64,000 bases of DNA from an uncultured Chthonomonadaceae bacterium (GTDB taxonomy: Bacteria > Armatimonadota > Chthonomonadetes > Chthonomonadales > Chthonomonadaceae). Below are positions 30,467 to 40,839 of the stretch, piece after piece. The position numbers and the translations under genes are program-made. Every line of letters starts with the position of its first letter. The first letter of the stretch is position 1. The stretch is from assembly GCA_963817895.1 (NCBI GenBank), contig CAWFQB010000004.1:160001-224000 (forward strand). The letters are read 5' to 3'. The notes below the pieces were generated by a model that was not told the origin of the DNA, did no database searches, and was given only the letters and a program-made list of their open reading frames with translations.

Positions 30467-31537
30467 GTGGATGTATCCGTTATAATTCTCAATTGGAATA
30501 CCCGCAAACTGCTACAGGAGTGCCTGCAAACCCTGACACATCCGCAAATTGGCGTTGATGTGGAAGTAATTGTTGTGGACAATGCCAGCAGCGACGACAG
30601 CCGCGACATGGTACGGCGCGATTTTCCGCAAGTGACGCTGATTGCCAATCCCATGAATATAGGCTTCGGCGCAGGTAACAATGTAGGCATTCCCGCGTCA
30701 ACCGGTCGGTACGTGCTGTTCCTGAACTCGGATACACAGGTGACGGAGGGCGCGTTGAAGGCAATGGTGGATTACGCCGACGCCAATCCCGATGTCGGTA
30801 TTCTCGGCCCCAAACTGCTCAACGCGGATGGCAGCCTGCAATACTCGTGCCGCCAGTATCCCAATCTCGCAACCGGCTTTCTGCACAACACGCCGCTCGG
30901 ACGCCTGCTGCCCAAAAATCGCTTCGCCGCCGACTACCTGATGAAGAATTGGGATCACGCTACGCCGCGCAACGTGGATTGGGTATCCGGGGCCGCCCTG
31001 ATGATCCGCCGAACCCTGCTCGACCAAATCGGCGGCTTCGATGAAGATTATTACATGTATTGCGAAGACGTAGATTTGTGCTGGCGGGCCAATCACGCAG
31101 AATATAGACAGGGAGAAGAGGAGACAAGGAGACAAGGAGACAACAACGTCTCCCTATCTCCCTATCTCCCTATCTCCCTATCTGCTACATGGTGCGTTAC
31201 TTATTTACCGGATGCCGTTATCTATCACTACATCGGCAAAAGCAGCGATCTGGCTCCGACGCGCATGACGTATGAGTTTCATCGCAGTCAGTATCTGTTT
31301 TATAAGAAACACTATCGGGCGCAAACGCCTGTTTTGCTGCGCCCGCTGATTTTGCCCGGCATTGCTCTGCGCGCGGTCGGGCAGATGGCGCGCTGGCGCG
31401 TCCGCTACTGGCAGCGCAAAATTATGAAGTTGCGCAAAAAGCCCGCGCCGATTGAAAAGAACATTGTACCCTTGACGAACGCGGCGGCGGCCCCCTCGGA
31501 TTCTTCCGGTTTGCGCCGCCCCGGAGATGCTTCGTGA
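30467..31537 (+). CDS. Glycosyltransferase family 2 (WbbL-like) with in-frame repeat insertion
   Basis: ILNWNT, VDNASSD, FLNSD, WVSGAALM and YCEDVDLC. Confidence 0.9.
   Translation: MDVSVIILNWNTRKLLQECLQTLTHPQIGVDVEVIVVDNASSDDSRDMVRRDFPQVTLIANPMNIGFGAGNNVGIPASTGRYVLFLNSDTQVTEGALKAMVDYADANPDVGILGPKLLNADGSLQYSCRQYPNLATGFLHNTPLGRLLPKNRFAADYLMKNWDHATPRNVDWVSGAALMIRRTLLDQIGGFDEDYYMYCEDVDLCWRANHAEYRQGEEETRRQGDNNVSLSPYLPISLSATWCVTYLPDAVIYHYIGKSSDLAPTRMTYEFHRSQYLFYKKHYRAQTPVLLRPLILPGIALRAVGQMARWRVRYWQRKIMKLRKKPAPIEKNIVPLTNAAAAPSDSSGLRRPGDAS
31106..31183. repeat. Inverted octamer repeat (GGAGACAA/TATCTCCC) inside the GT2 gene
   Basis: About 78 bp, translated RQGEEETRRQGDNNVSLSPYLPISLS. Confidence 0.85.
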
Positions 31538-34116
31538 CCGAACCACCGCCCTTGCGACTTGTTGATACCGCTGCGGATACCGCTGCCAACACAAAATCCG
31601 CGCCCGATTCGGGCAATGTCGGGCCTGCGCGTAATGCCCGCGCCCTGTCATCGCTGGATCGCATTTCCCTGTATTTGATTGGCTTTGTTCTGCTGCTGTC
31701 CCCCATCATGGCGGGACTGTTCGCGTCCCTGTCGTTGAGCGCGATTCCACCTCAGGATGTGGTCAGTTGGCTGCAAATTTTGAGCGTTCCCATTGTGAGT
31801 ATTGTGGTTGCCCTTGCGCTTGGCGTGACAGTTGCGCGGGAGTGGCAAAAGCCGGTTGCGATTGGCCCGGTTGGAGGGTTGGCGGGCGGCGCGTGTGTGT
31901 TGGCAATATGGGCGGCGATTTCGCTGTTCGCGCATCCTCCCCTCAACGCTATGAAGCTGGATACGTGGTTCCTGCTGCTGGCTTCGCTGACGACGGGCGG
32001 GCTGGCGTCGCGTTTGGGACGTGACCGCAACGCCCTGCTTGCCCTGATGCTGGCCGTTGTGGCGGGGGGGAGTCTGGCGGGCGCGTGGGGCATTCACGAG
32101 TATCTGGAACACTGGAAACAGGGCAACGTCGCCCATCGCGTGTTCGGCACGTTCCTCAACCCGGACTTTCTCGCCGGGTATCTGCTGCTGACTCTGCCCC
32201 TGACGCTGGCTTGCTTTGTGTCTGCCCACGAGCGCATGACCCGGCTGCTGATCGGATTGGGGCTTGGATTGCAAACCGCGTGTCTGCTGTTCACGGTTTC
32301 GCGGGCGGGCGTGGGGATGCTGTTTGTCGTGGTAGGGGCATGGCTGCTGTTGCTCTGGCGTCTCGGCATGGCGCGAGGCAAGGGGCGAGAACTGCTTGCC
32401 GGATTGGGGCTGATGCTGTTTTCCGCGCTTCTCGCTTCGTCGCCCCTGCTGATACGCCTGACCAATACGGGCAAGCAAACGGCGGGCGGGCCGGTCGTTG
32501 CCGTTTCCAGCATCGGGGAAGCCGCGGATACGCAGGCCCATTCGGGCAAGTTCCGGCAGGTGACATGGACGGCGACCCTGCGCATGGCCCGCGCCAACCC
32601 GCTCACGGGAACCGGAATCGGCAGTTACGAAAACGCCTACCGACGCTACGCCATCGCCGCGCCCACCGTCCACGCCCACAACAGTTACCTGCAATGGATG
32701 GCGGAAACAGGCATACCCGGCGCGATCTGCCTGCTTGTCGTCCTCGCGTCTTCGACGGCCTTTGCCGTCTACGTTCTCGTCCTGAACGCCCCCCGCAAAT
32801 CCCGCCCAAAAGGAACAAACGCGAACCTTCCCGCTACGCAGCCCCATACCAATGACCTTTACATAGACGATATAGAACTTGACACAAAGGGAAAAGGCAA
32901 TCCCCAATCGTCAATCGAAAATCGTCAATCGCCAATTCTGCTGACTGGCCTTCTGGCGGCGATTGTGTGTTCCATCCTGCACAGTCTGTTCGATTCGGAC
33001 TGGTATATCATGGCGACCGCGCTGACGTTGAGCGCGATGGTGGGATTACTGGTGGCGCAGGCGCGGGATATTGCGCCGCTTGCCACGCAAACGCCGCGCC
33101 CGCTCTCGAAGGGGATGTTGGCGGCCTGTGGGGTTGTGGTTTTGCTGTTGTTGTGGCGCGGGGGCGTGACGTATCTGTCGCGGTTTCAGGCGGCGCAGGG
33201 GATGGTGTCCGAGGCCGAGTTTCGGGAGCAGGCGGCGCAGGGATTGCCTGCCGCGAAGGACACGCTGCAAAACGCCCTGCATAGTTACCAGTCGGCGGCG
33301 GACATAGACCCGTTTGCGACCGAACCCTACTCCAAACTTAGCGGCCTGTACCAGACAACAGGCGAACCGGAAAAGGCGCGAACGGCGCTGGAACAGGCAA
33401 CCCGGCTTGCGCCCTCCGGCATAACGTATTACCAACTGGGGCAATTTATCCGGCGGCAGGCGAGTCAGCAGGCAATCCAAAGCGCGTCCGGGCAGGCATC
33501 CGGCGACCCGATGGCATTGAGCGGGGAAATGATTGCCGCGCCCACCGCCGCCTATCCGCCCGCGCTGAACGCTTTTGCGCGCGCCCGCGAGTTTGACCCG
33601 CACAACCTGCAAACCCTCCGCGCCCTTGCCGAAACGTATGCGCAGTCGGGCAACACGGCGCAATCCGTACAAACCTATCAGGACATGATTGATCTGGAAA
33701 CGACACCCGTAGGCACAGTTCGCGCCATGCCGGAAGCGACCGAAACCGAGTTCGCTTACGCCCATACCCGCATCGGCAAACGGCTGCTGGAACAGGGGAA
33801 AGCGGGGGAAGCTGTCTCTCAATTCCAGCAGGCAGCCGCAATCCTGAGAACCTGGTGGCAGCACAGGGGCTATGAAATCTACCAGTTGCAGCGGGCGCAG
33901 CACCCGGATAAAGCGCAAAGCCTGACCGCGCTATATGACCGAACCCTGACGGAGTGGCAGAACGCGCTTCAAAAACAGGGCGCGACGGAAAACGCCCATC
34001 GCGCTCAGGTGGAAATGGAGCAGGCGACGTTCCATCAGGAGCAGAAAGCGGACGAAGAGGCCACGCAGAAAGCCGCCGCGCAAACCAATTCCGCGCCCGA
34101 ACAGAATACGCCGTGA
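31534..34116 (+). CDS. O-antigen ligase/Wzy_C family membrane protein with TPR C-terminus
   Basis: Many TMs, RVFGTFLNPD, TVSRAG, PLTGTGIGSY, HAHNSYLQWMAETG and TPR-like tail. Confidence 0.88.
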   Translation: MTEPPPLRLVDTAADTAANTKSAPDSGNVGPARNARALSSLDRISLYLIGFVLLLSPIMAGLFASLSLSAIPPQDVVSWLQILSVPIVSIVVALALGVTVAREWQKPVAIGPVGGLAGGACVLAIWAAISLFAHPPLNAMKLDTWFLLLASLTTGGLASRLGRDRNALLALMLAVVAGGSLAGAWGIHEYLEHWKQGNVAHRVFGTFLNPDFLAGYLLLTLPLTLACFVSAHERMTRLLIGLGLGLQTACLLFTVSRAGVGMLFVVVGAWLLLLWRLGMARGKGRELLAGLGLMLFSALLASSPLLIRLTNTGKQTAGGPVVAVSSIGEAADTQAHSGKFRQVTWTATLRMARANPLTGTGIGSYENAYRRYAIAAPTVHAHNSYLQWMAETGIPGAICLLVVLASSTAFAVYVLVLNAPRKSRPKGTNANLPATQPHTNDLYIDDIELDTKGKGNPQSSIENRQSPILLTGLLAAIVCSILHSLFDSDWYIMATALTLSAMVGLLVAQARDIAPLATQTPRPLSKGMLAACGVVVLLLLWRGGVTYLSRFQAAQGMVSEAEFREQAAQGLPAAKDTLQNALHSYQSAADIDPFATEPYSKLSGLYQTTGEPEKARTALEQATRLAPSGITYYQLGQFIRRQASQQAIQSASGQASGDPMALSGEMIAAPTAAYPPALNAFARAREFDPHNLQTLRALAETYAQSGNTAQSVQTYQDMIDLETTPVGTVRAMPEATETEFAYAHTRIGKRLLEQGKAGEAVSQFQQAAAILRTWWQHRGYEIYQLQRAQHPDKAQSLTALYDRTLTEWQNALQKQGATENAHRAQVEMEQATFHQEQKADEEATQKAAAQTNSAPEQNTP

Positions 34117-34859
34117 TGCAGACAACTCGCCATAAAGTGGTTGTGCCGCATCTGCCGCCGTCCTTGAACGGCCTGCGCGTAGCCCAACTGTCGGACTTCC
34201 ACCGCAGCCGCCTGACGCCCGACGCCCTGATAGCGGAATCCGTTGCCCGCGTTGTCCGCGAGTCGCCCGATCTTATCCTGCTTACAGGCGATTTCGTCAA
34301 CGACGACCCCGCCGACATTGCGCCCTGCATGAAACTGCTGTCCCCACTCATGGATTCGGGGATTGCGCCCTTCGGCGTGTACGCGGTTCACGGCAACCAC
34401 GATGTAAAAGCCGATTTAGCCAAATTACAGCAGGCGTTGGAAGACAGCGGCATCGCCTATCTGTGTAACCAAAGCCATCGCCTTCCTAACGGCCTGTGGG
34501 TTGTCGGACTGGATGAAGACTGGTACGGGACGCCGGATGTGGCGCAGGCGTTTGCTGATGTGCCGCCCGATGCGCCCGTTCTGGTTCTCGCGCACAATCC
34601 GGGCGAAGCCGACCTTGTTTCTGATCGCGCCTGCGTCGTCTTTTCCGGCCACACGCACGGCGGGCAAATCCGCCTGCCCCTCGTTACGAAACGCGCCCTG
34701 AAGTGGATCAAAGCCAAACACTACCGCGCGGGCTGGTACACAACCGGCAAAGCGCAATTGTACGTCAATCGCGGCATCGGCAACGCTGACGTGCCGTTCC
34801 GCTTCCTCTGCCCGCCCGAAGTATCGTTTTTTACCCTCAGCCCCGGCTCTTCCCCCTGA
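34116..34859 (+). CDS. Metallophosphoesterase (YkuE-like)
   Basis: SDFH, TGDFV, GNHD, AHNP, SGHTHGGQ and VNRGIG. Confidence 0.93.
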   Translation: MQTTRHKVVVPHLPPSLNGLRVAQLSDFHRSRLTPDALIAESVARVVRESPDLILLTGDFVNDDPADIAPCMKLLSPLMDSGIAPFGVYAVHGNHDVKADLAKLQQALEDSGIAYLCNQSHRLPNGLWVVGLDEDWYGTPDVAQAFADVPPDAPVLVLAHNPGEADLVSDRACVVFSGHTHGGQIRLPLVTKRALKWIKAKHYRAGWYTTGKAQLYVNRGIGNADVPFRFLCPPEVSFFTLSPGSSP

Positions 34860-35297
34860 GTTTCGTATTCCTGGTTCGCTTTGGGAACACGACTTTGCTG
34901 CGTTCGGAGGGAAAAGGGAGTGAGTGTGGTAGCTTTACCTGTTGAACGTGGAGTTGAGCGCATCTGTAAACCTTGCGGTTTTACGCGCTCAGGTTACGCC
35001 GGGTCGGCGCATCTAAATGGAAAAGAAAGAGAATATGTAGAGACGTTGTCGAAATAGTGGCAATGCAGCGCTTCCAGCACTCGGTCTCGTTGTGTCTAGT
35101 TTTTAAGTAGAGGCGTCGTGACCTCCGAATGGTTAAGACGGTCGGATGTGAACAGGCATCTTTTTGCACCTCCCTCCCTTGTTTGTGGGGACTGTATTCG
35201 GTTTTGGCAAGCAACGTTATATTAACATTCGCCCCCGATTTTAGAAGTATCCAAAAGCTGTTTTTGCGAAAAAAGTTTGGAAATAATTAGGGGCTAT

Positions 35298-35478
35298 CCT
35301 CTCCCTGATTCGTTCTTTGCGCGGACAGGGAGAAGGGAGTAAGCGAGTTCACTTTGTTTGTTGAATACGGGAGGAGTAGGTTCGTACAGTTTATAATCTA
35401 CGCGCGCAACTTGCGCCTTCGCTCCCTTCTCCCTCCGAACGCAGAGAGGGAATCAGGGAGAAGGGCCGGGGTTGAGGG
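35298..35478. repeat. Imperfect REP doublet of the CCCTCTCCC/GGGAGAAGGG family
   Basis: cctctccctgattc...agggagaagggag and ctcccttctccct...gaatcaggggagaagggccggggttgagggt. Confidence 0.7.
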
Positions 35479-35525
35479 TACAAGCCCCCGGCGTCGCGCA
35501 AGTCTATCGAACGCGCTCCTCTCCT

Positions 35526-36468
35526 CTACATGCCCTGTTTAGCCCGTCTGCGGCGCAGCAGCCATCCCGTTCCGGTCAAACCGCCTGCCAGAAGCAAGGC
35601 GATTGTGCCGGGTTCGGGAACAGGGGAATCAGAAGCCGGACGCCGAAACGCCAATCCCGCAGGAAAACTCAGGCCCGTCGCGAAGTCGCCCATATCATGG
35701 CCGGTTACGGAAAACTCTCGCACGGTCGAGCCACCGAAATTAACAACGTACAGGTTACCGTTTGTGTCAAATGCAAGAATTCGTGGGCACATTTAAGCCT
35801 GTCGTGGCGAAGTCACCCATATCCACTCCCGTCGGCGAAAAACGGCGAATGGCGTTCTTGGCCCGATTTACGACGTACAGGTTGCCTGACGTGTCGAAAG
35901 CCAAACCTTGTGGACTGGATAGCCCGGAGGCAAACACGCCTAGGTCTTGGCCGGTTGCGGAAAACTCTCGCACGGTCGAGCCACCGTAATTGGCGACATA
36001 CAGATTGCCGTTTGCATCAACGGCCATCCCCACGGGATTGGATAACCCTGATGAAGCGAACACGCCTAAATCCGCTCCGGTTGAGGAGAAGCGATGCACC
36101 GTATTGCCAGCATAGTTGCTGACATACAGGGTGTCGTTGTGGTCAAAAACAAGTCCATCAGCATCACTCAATCCCGTCGCTGCGAAGTTGCCCAGATCAA
36201 CCCCCGTCGGCGAAAAGCGGCGAACGTTGTTGGTAAGCGCACCGGCAATATAGAGGTAGCCTTTGGAGTCAAAAGCCATGTCGTAAAAACGAAAGGTTCC
36301 GCCTGAGGAGGTGAAGAGGCCCAGGTTCGTTCCATTCGGTGAAAAATCGTAGGCGCGATTATTGTAGTATTCGCCCACAATGAGGTGCTGAGCGTTGGCA
36401 ATGGTGGACAGCAAGGAAAAAGCAGAGGCAGCGACGACGGCGGCAAACTTGCAGGTAAAACGAAACAT
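35526..36468 (-). CDS. PEP-CTERM protein with NHL beta-propeller repeats (frameshift near 35780)
   Basis: Signal peptide; about six P.GLAFD..GNLYV.N.....VR.FS.TG.DLG.FA repeats; terminal VPEPGTIALLLAGG...RRRR. Confidence 0.9.
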
Positions 36469-36643
36469 AAAAGTTTCTCCTTTTTGAGAAAGCATTGTCA
36501 GCAGATGCGGCAAGAAAGATGCCGAGACAACATTGTTGGCTGTTGTCCAGGAAAGGGGAGAAATCGCGCAAAGTATGACACGGTTTCTCCCCTTTCTCCT
36601 CAATCCATCAGATTTTTAGCGCATAGACGCCATCATCAGGTAA

Positions 36644-36973
36644 CTACCGCCCCGGCGTACCGCCGGGATTGCCCGTTCCCGTTCCCGGCTTGCCCGGGCC
36701 ATTGCCGCCCGTTCCCGGTCTGCCTGGGCCGCCACCCGTTCCCGGTCTGCCTGGGCCGCCACCCGTTCCCGGTCTGCCCGGGCCATTGCCGCCAGTCCCC
36801 GGCTTGCCCGGCTGGCCTCCGCCAGTCCCCGGCTTGCCGCCACCGCCGTGTGGATGTTGGCGACCCTGGGCGCTTGCCGGATGCGACAGCGCCAGAGAGC
36901 AGAGTAGCGCGACTACCATAACAGGAGCGACGCCACTCAACCTGTGTGAGAGTCGAGTTGATAGAAGGAACAT
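36644..36973 (-). CDS. Secreted Gly/Pro-rich tandem-repeat peptide
   Basis: Hydrophobic leader ending ASA|Q, then six (K/R)PGTG-initiated units of 8-9 aa encoded by 24-27-bp repeats. Confidence 0.7.
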   Translation of the reverse strand: MFLLSTRLSHRLSGVAPVMVVALLCSLALSHPASAQGRQHPHGGGGKPGTGGGQPGKPGTGGNGPGRPGTGGGPGRPGTGGGPGRPGTGGNGPGKPGTGTGNPGGTPGR

Positions 36974-37330
36974 TAGATCAATCTCCTATTTCAGCCTGCC
37001 AGGCGCAGACTGAATCTTGGAATTTACTGTCCGAAAGCCTGGACAAACAATGTGGAGTGAAGCTCAGTAGAGTGGCCGGATGCGAATTGCCGAAACCCCG
37101 CGCCGCTCTCATTTGCATAGTTGGTGTAAACTTTGCCTCGCTTACAATATATCTACAAATTTTTGAATTATTTTTCTCCGTTCTTTTATTCATCAAGAGG
37201 AAGGTATTCGTGCCGTCGAAACAAAACTTACCTGTAAATAGCGGAGTATTGAATAGCGCAGCACATTCATCCACACATAGACATGCGCTTTTACACGTTT
37301 GCCGGGAATGATATCGAAAGAGGGTTTTTT

Positions 37331-40300
37331 ATGCGGTTTACCTCACGTATTCTTGGTGTTGTTACCGTGCTGTATGTCGGTGGATACTGCCAGATGCCCA
37401 TGCCTGCATCCCCGCATCACAGACAGGCGCAACCGGCAAATGACGCGCACACGTTCGGGGTGGTGGTTGAGGCGGTTGAACCCGGCTCCACTGCGGCAAA
37501 GGCCGGGCTATGTGTCGGCGATGTTTTACAGGAGTATGGCGGGCGTTCATTACGCACTGTGTTTAAATTTATGGCGGCACAGGAAAACACGGTTGCCGCG
37601 TCCATCACGCTCAAAGGGTTGCGGTCTGGTCAGCCTTTGTTGGCGCAGTTACCAATGCAGTCGCCGGGCATACCGTCACCGGATGTAACGCCAAACATGC
37701 GCGTTCACCCACAATGGTCGAATATTGCGCAGGCTTTGTATCAAGCCGGACAGACAAGCATTTTAGGAGGGCGTATCGAAGAGGGTGTTGTTTCCTGGCG
37801 AAATGCGATAGTAGAACTAGAAAATTCTGGCGATGCCGTTGAAGCGGGCTGGCTCTGCTGGCGGACGGGCGAAGCATATAGTGTTCGGGGTGACTGGAAG
37901 CAGGCGCAGCAATGGCAGGAACACGCCTGGAAGAATGTGAAGTCGGGGAATGACGCGGCTGCGCAAACATGCGTACTACATTCACTGGGAGAAGTATGGG
38001 AACATCAGGGTGATCTTGCAAGAGCCTTCGATTGGTATGAGCAGGCGCGAAAACTGAACATCGCAAATCAGAACGTCTTCTGGCAAGCCAACGATCTGGA
38101 TAGTGAGGGCGATCTTGCATTTGCGCGTCAAAAATGGAATGAAGCGAACAAATTGTATGAGCAGGCGCTCACGGTCTGCCAGCCGCAGGCTCCCGCCGCA
38201 TGGCAGACCGCGAGTATACTTTATCGCCTGGGCAAGAACGCCGAGGCACAGGCGAACCATCTACAGGCGCAAAAGCGCTATCAGGCGAACCATTACAGGC
38301 GCAAAAGCGCTATGAAGATGCCCTCGCTATCATACAAAAACAGACACCTGACTCGTGGGATGCAGCCTCAATTTGCTTCGACATGGGGTTAATGGAATTC
38401 CATCAGGAGAACTGGACTAAAGGGATAGAATATTCGCGGCAGGCGCTGATCCTCTTTCGCCGGAAAGCCCCCAACTCCAGGGAGGTGATGCAAGCCCTTC
38501 TCAACATGGGACAAGCCGCCGAGAAACAGGATGATCTGAGCCATGCCTATGCGTATCTTGAAGAAGCCCTTCATGTAATCCGAAACCACAAAACTGACGC
38601 TGGCGCGTTCACCGATATAACAGTCGAGGCGACGTGTTGCGCGCATCTTGGGATTCTTGCCTTGCGACAGGGGCATTCAGAAGATGCGCAGAAGTACGCG
38701 CAGGCTGCAATTGCCATTTATGAAACGCAAAAGCCTGTGTTACTTGATATGGTGGCTCCTCTGGGAACCTTGGGAACTCTCGCGCTTAATGAAGGAGATT
38801 TGCCACAGTCGCAGAATTACTATAAATACGCTCTCGAAATTTGTAAACGTTATGGTTCGCCGCCTGGTCAAACATTGGATGTTTTGCGCCTGCTGGATGG
38901 GGTTACAATGCTACAGGGCGCATCGTCAAACGCGCAACTATACATTCAGAGAGCGGCTAAATTACTAAAATCTACTTCCGACCCAGCGGAAAAGGCTGCT
39001 TTGCTGGACGGTCTAAGTCTGGCAGCCGTTCAACAAGGGCGCTGGAAACTAGCGCAGCAGTACGCGCAGCAGTTACTGACAATTCAACAACGCTTCTCCC
39101 CTGCCTCTTCGAGCCTGATAGAAATCTATGCTCTGCTCGGATATATTGAGGCGCAGCAGAAAGACTCCACGAACGCCCAACTCCATTTTCAGCAGATGCT
39201 CGCCCTGACGCAGAAATTTGCTCCCGACTCACTGGAGGAAGCCAATGCGCGCGCTTTCCTGGGACATGTACTGCTGGTAAAACGCGACTATGAAGGCGCT
39301 TTGAAGCAGTTTGAAGACGCCGTTACCATTGTCGAAGCGCGGCGGCAGCGGCTTGCCAACCCCGAAAACCGCGCGTTTCTGCTGGAACAACATTCCGTCC
39401 CTTTCATCGGCATGATGCAGGCGCAAATCGCCCTGAACCAGAAAGAACAGGCGTTTGAAACGCTGGAACGCGCCCGCGCCCGCAGCCTTGTAGACCTGAT
39501 CCGCGAACGGAAACCATCGGCCTCCATGCCTCCCCTGCCGGACGCGCCCCCGGACTCGGCGGAACAGCAGAAGCTCATCCGGCAGCGTAGCGCGTTGTCG
39601 CAACAACTGCTTGTCGCGGCTGCCGATCCGCAGCAGACCAAAGCCAATGAACTGCGCGAGAAGATTCAGACGCTCGACGCGAAACAGCGCGAATTGGAAA
39701 CCGCCATTCGCCAATCCTCGCCGCATTACGCCGGTCTGAACTATCCCAAACCGTTGACCTTTGCGGAAGCGCGGCAAACGCTGGATGATGGAACCCTGCT
39801 GCTGGCCTACGCGCTCGGCGCAAAGCAAAGCTACCTGTTTGTCGTGACCAACAAAACCGAACTGCGCATTGTTCCGCTTGCGGTTGGCGAGGAGGCGCTT
39901 GGGCGGGAGGTGAAGGAGCTGAATGACGCGCTGAAATCGAAGGGGAGTTACCTAAATCCTGCCCGCCTGCTTTACCGGCAGTTGGTTGCGCCCGCGTGGA
40001 AGGAGATTGCCGCTTCCCGGCGCATCCTGCTGTGTCCCGACGGCGTTCTGAATACCCTCTCCTTTGCCGCTCTGGTCACGTCCCCGCCGGACAAACCCGG
40101 TAAGCCGGGGCAGCCGGCCACGCATCTGGTGGAAGCCAAACCGCTGCACGTCATCGCGTCCCTGAGCCTGTACCGCGAATTGCAACAAATGCAGGTTTCC
40201 CGCTCCGGCAAAATACTCGCGCTTGCCGACCCGGATTCCACAAAAAGTGGGCTGCATCTCGATCCGATCCGCAAACCCTTCAGCAGATTACCGATCTGAA

Positions 40301-40822
40301 AAAACTGTACGGCAATCGCGTGGAAGCGTATACCGGCAAACAGGCGACCACAGCCGTTGTTCGGCAGCAGGGATTGCAGGCTTCCATTCTGCATTTCGCC
40401 TGTCACGGCCTGCTGGAAAATGGCGACCCGCTCTCCTCCGCCCTCGCGCTCAGTTCGGACGGCGCGGATAAGGGGCTATTGACGGCTGCGGGTATTCTGC
40501 GCCTGCATCTGCCCGCCGATCTGGTCATGCTTTCCGCCTGTAAAACGGGTTTGGGAAAGCAAACGCAATTCGAGGGCGTAGTGGGCTTGACGCGGGCATT
40601 CCAGTATGCGCGCGGCGCAGCGTGGGCGTGAGTTTATGGCAGGTGGACGCGGACAGCGCGAACGCCCTGATGAACCATTTTTATACCGAATACAAAGCGG
40701 GCATCGGTAAGGATGTCGCGTTACAGAGGGCGCAGGTCTCGATACTGCGCGATACGAAAAATCGTGGCTGGCAGCATCCCTACTATTGGGCGGCGTTCCA
40801 GATGGTCGGCGATTGGAAATAA
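37331..40822 (+). CDS. Signal peptide-PDZ-TPR-CHAT caspase-like protease (three frameshifts)
   Basis: PDZ GVVVEAVEPGSTAAKAGL..GDVL; TPR array; AFETLERARARSL; CHAT CPDGVL, LHFACHG, LVMLSACKTG, SLWQV and HPYYWAAF. Confidence 0.88.
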
Positions 40823-40839
40823 GTCAGCGCGGAGAAGGC

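Noticed and set aside
36660..36845. CRISPR array
   Set aside because: Contiguous 24-27-bp coding repeats with no unique spacers, and no cas genes.
37331..40822. CRISPR type III-E Craspase (Csx29) locus
   Set aside because: No Cas7-11 or array; the protease has a signal peptide and PDZ.
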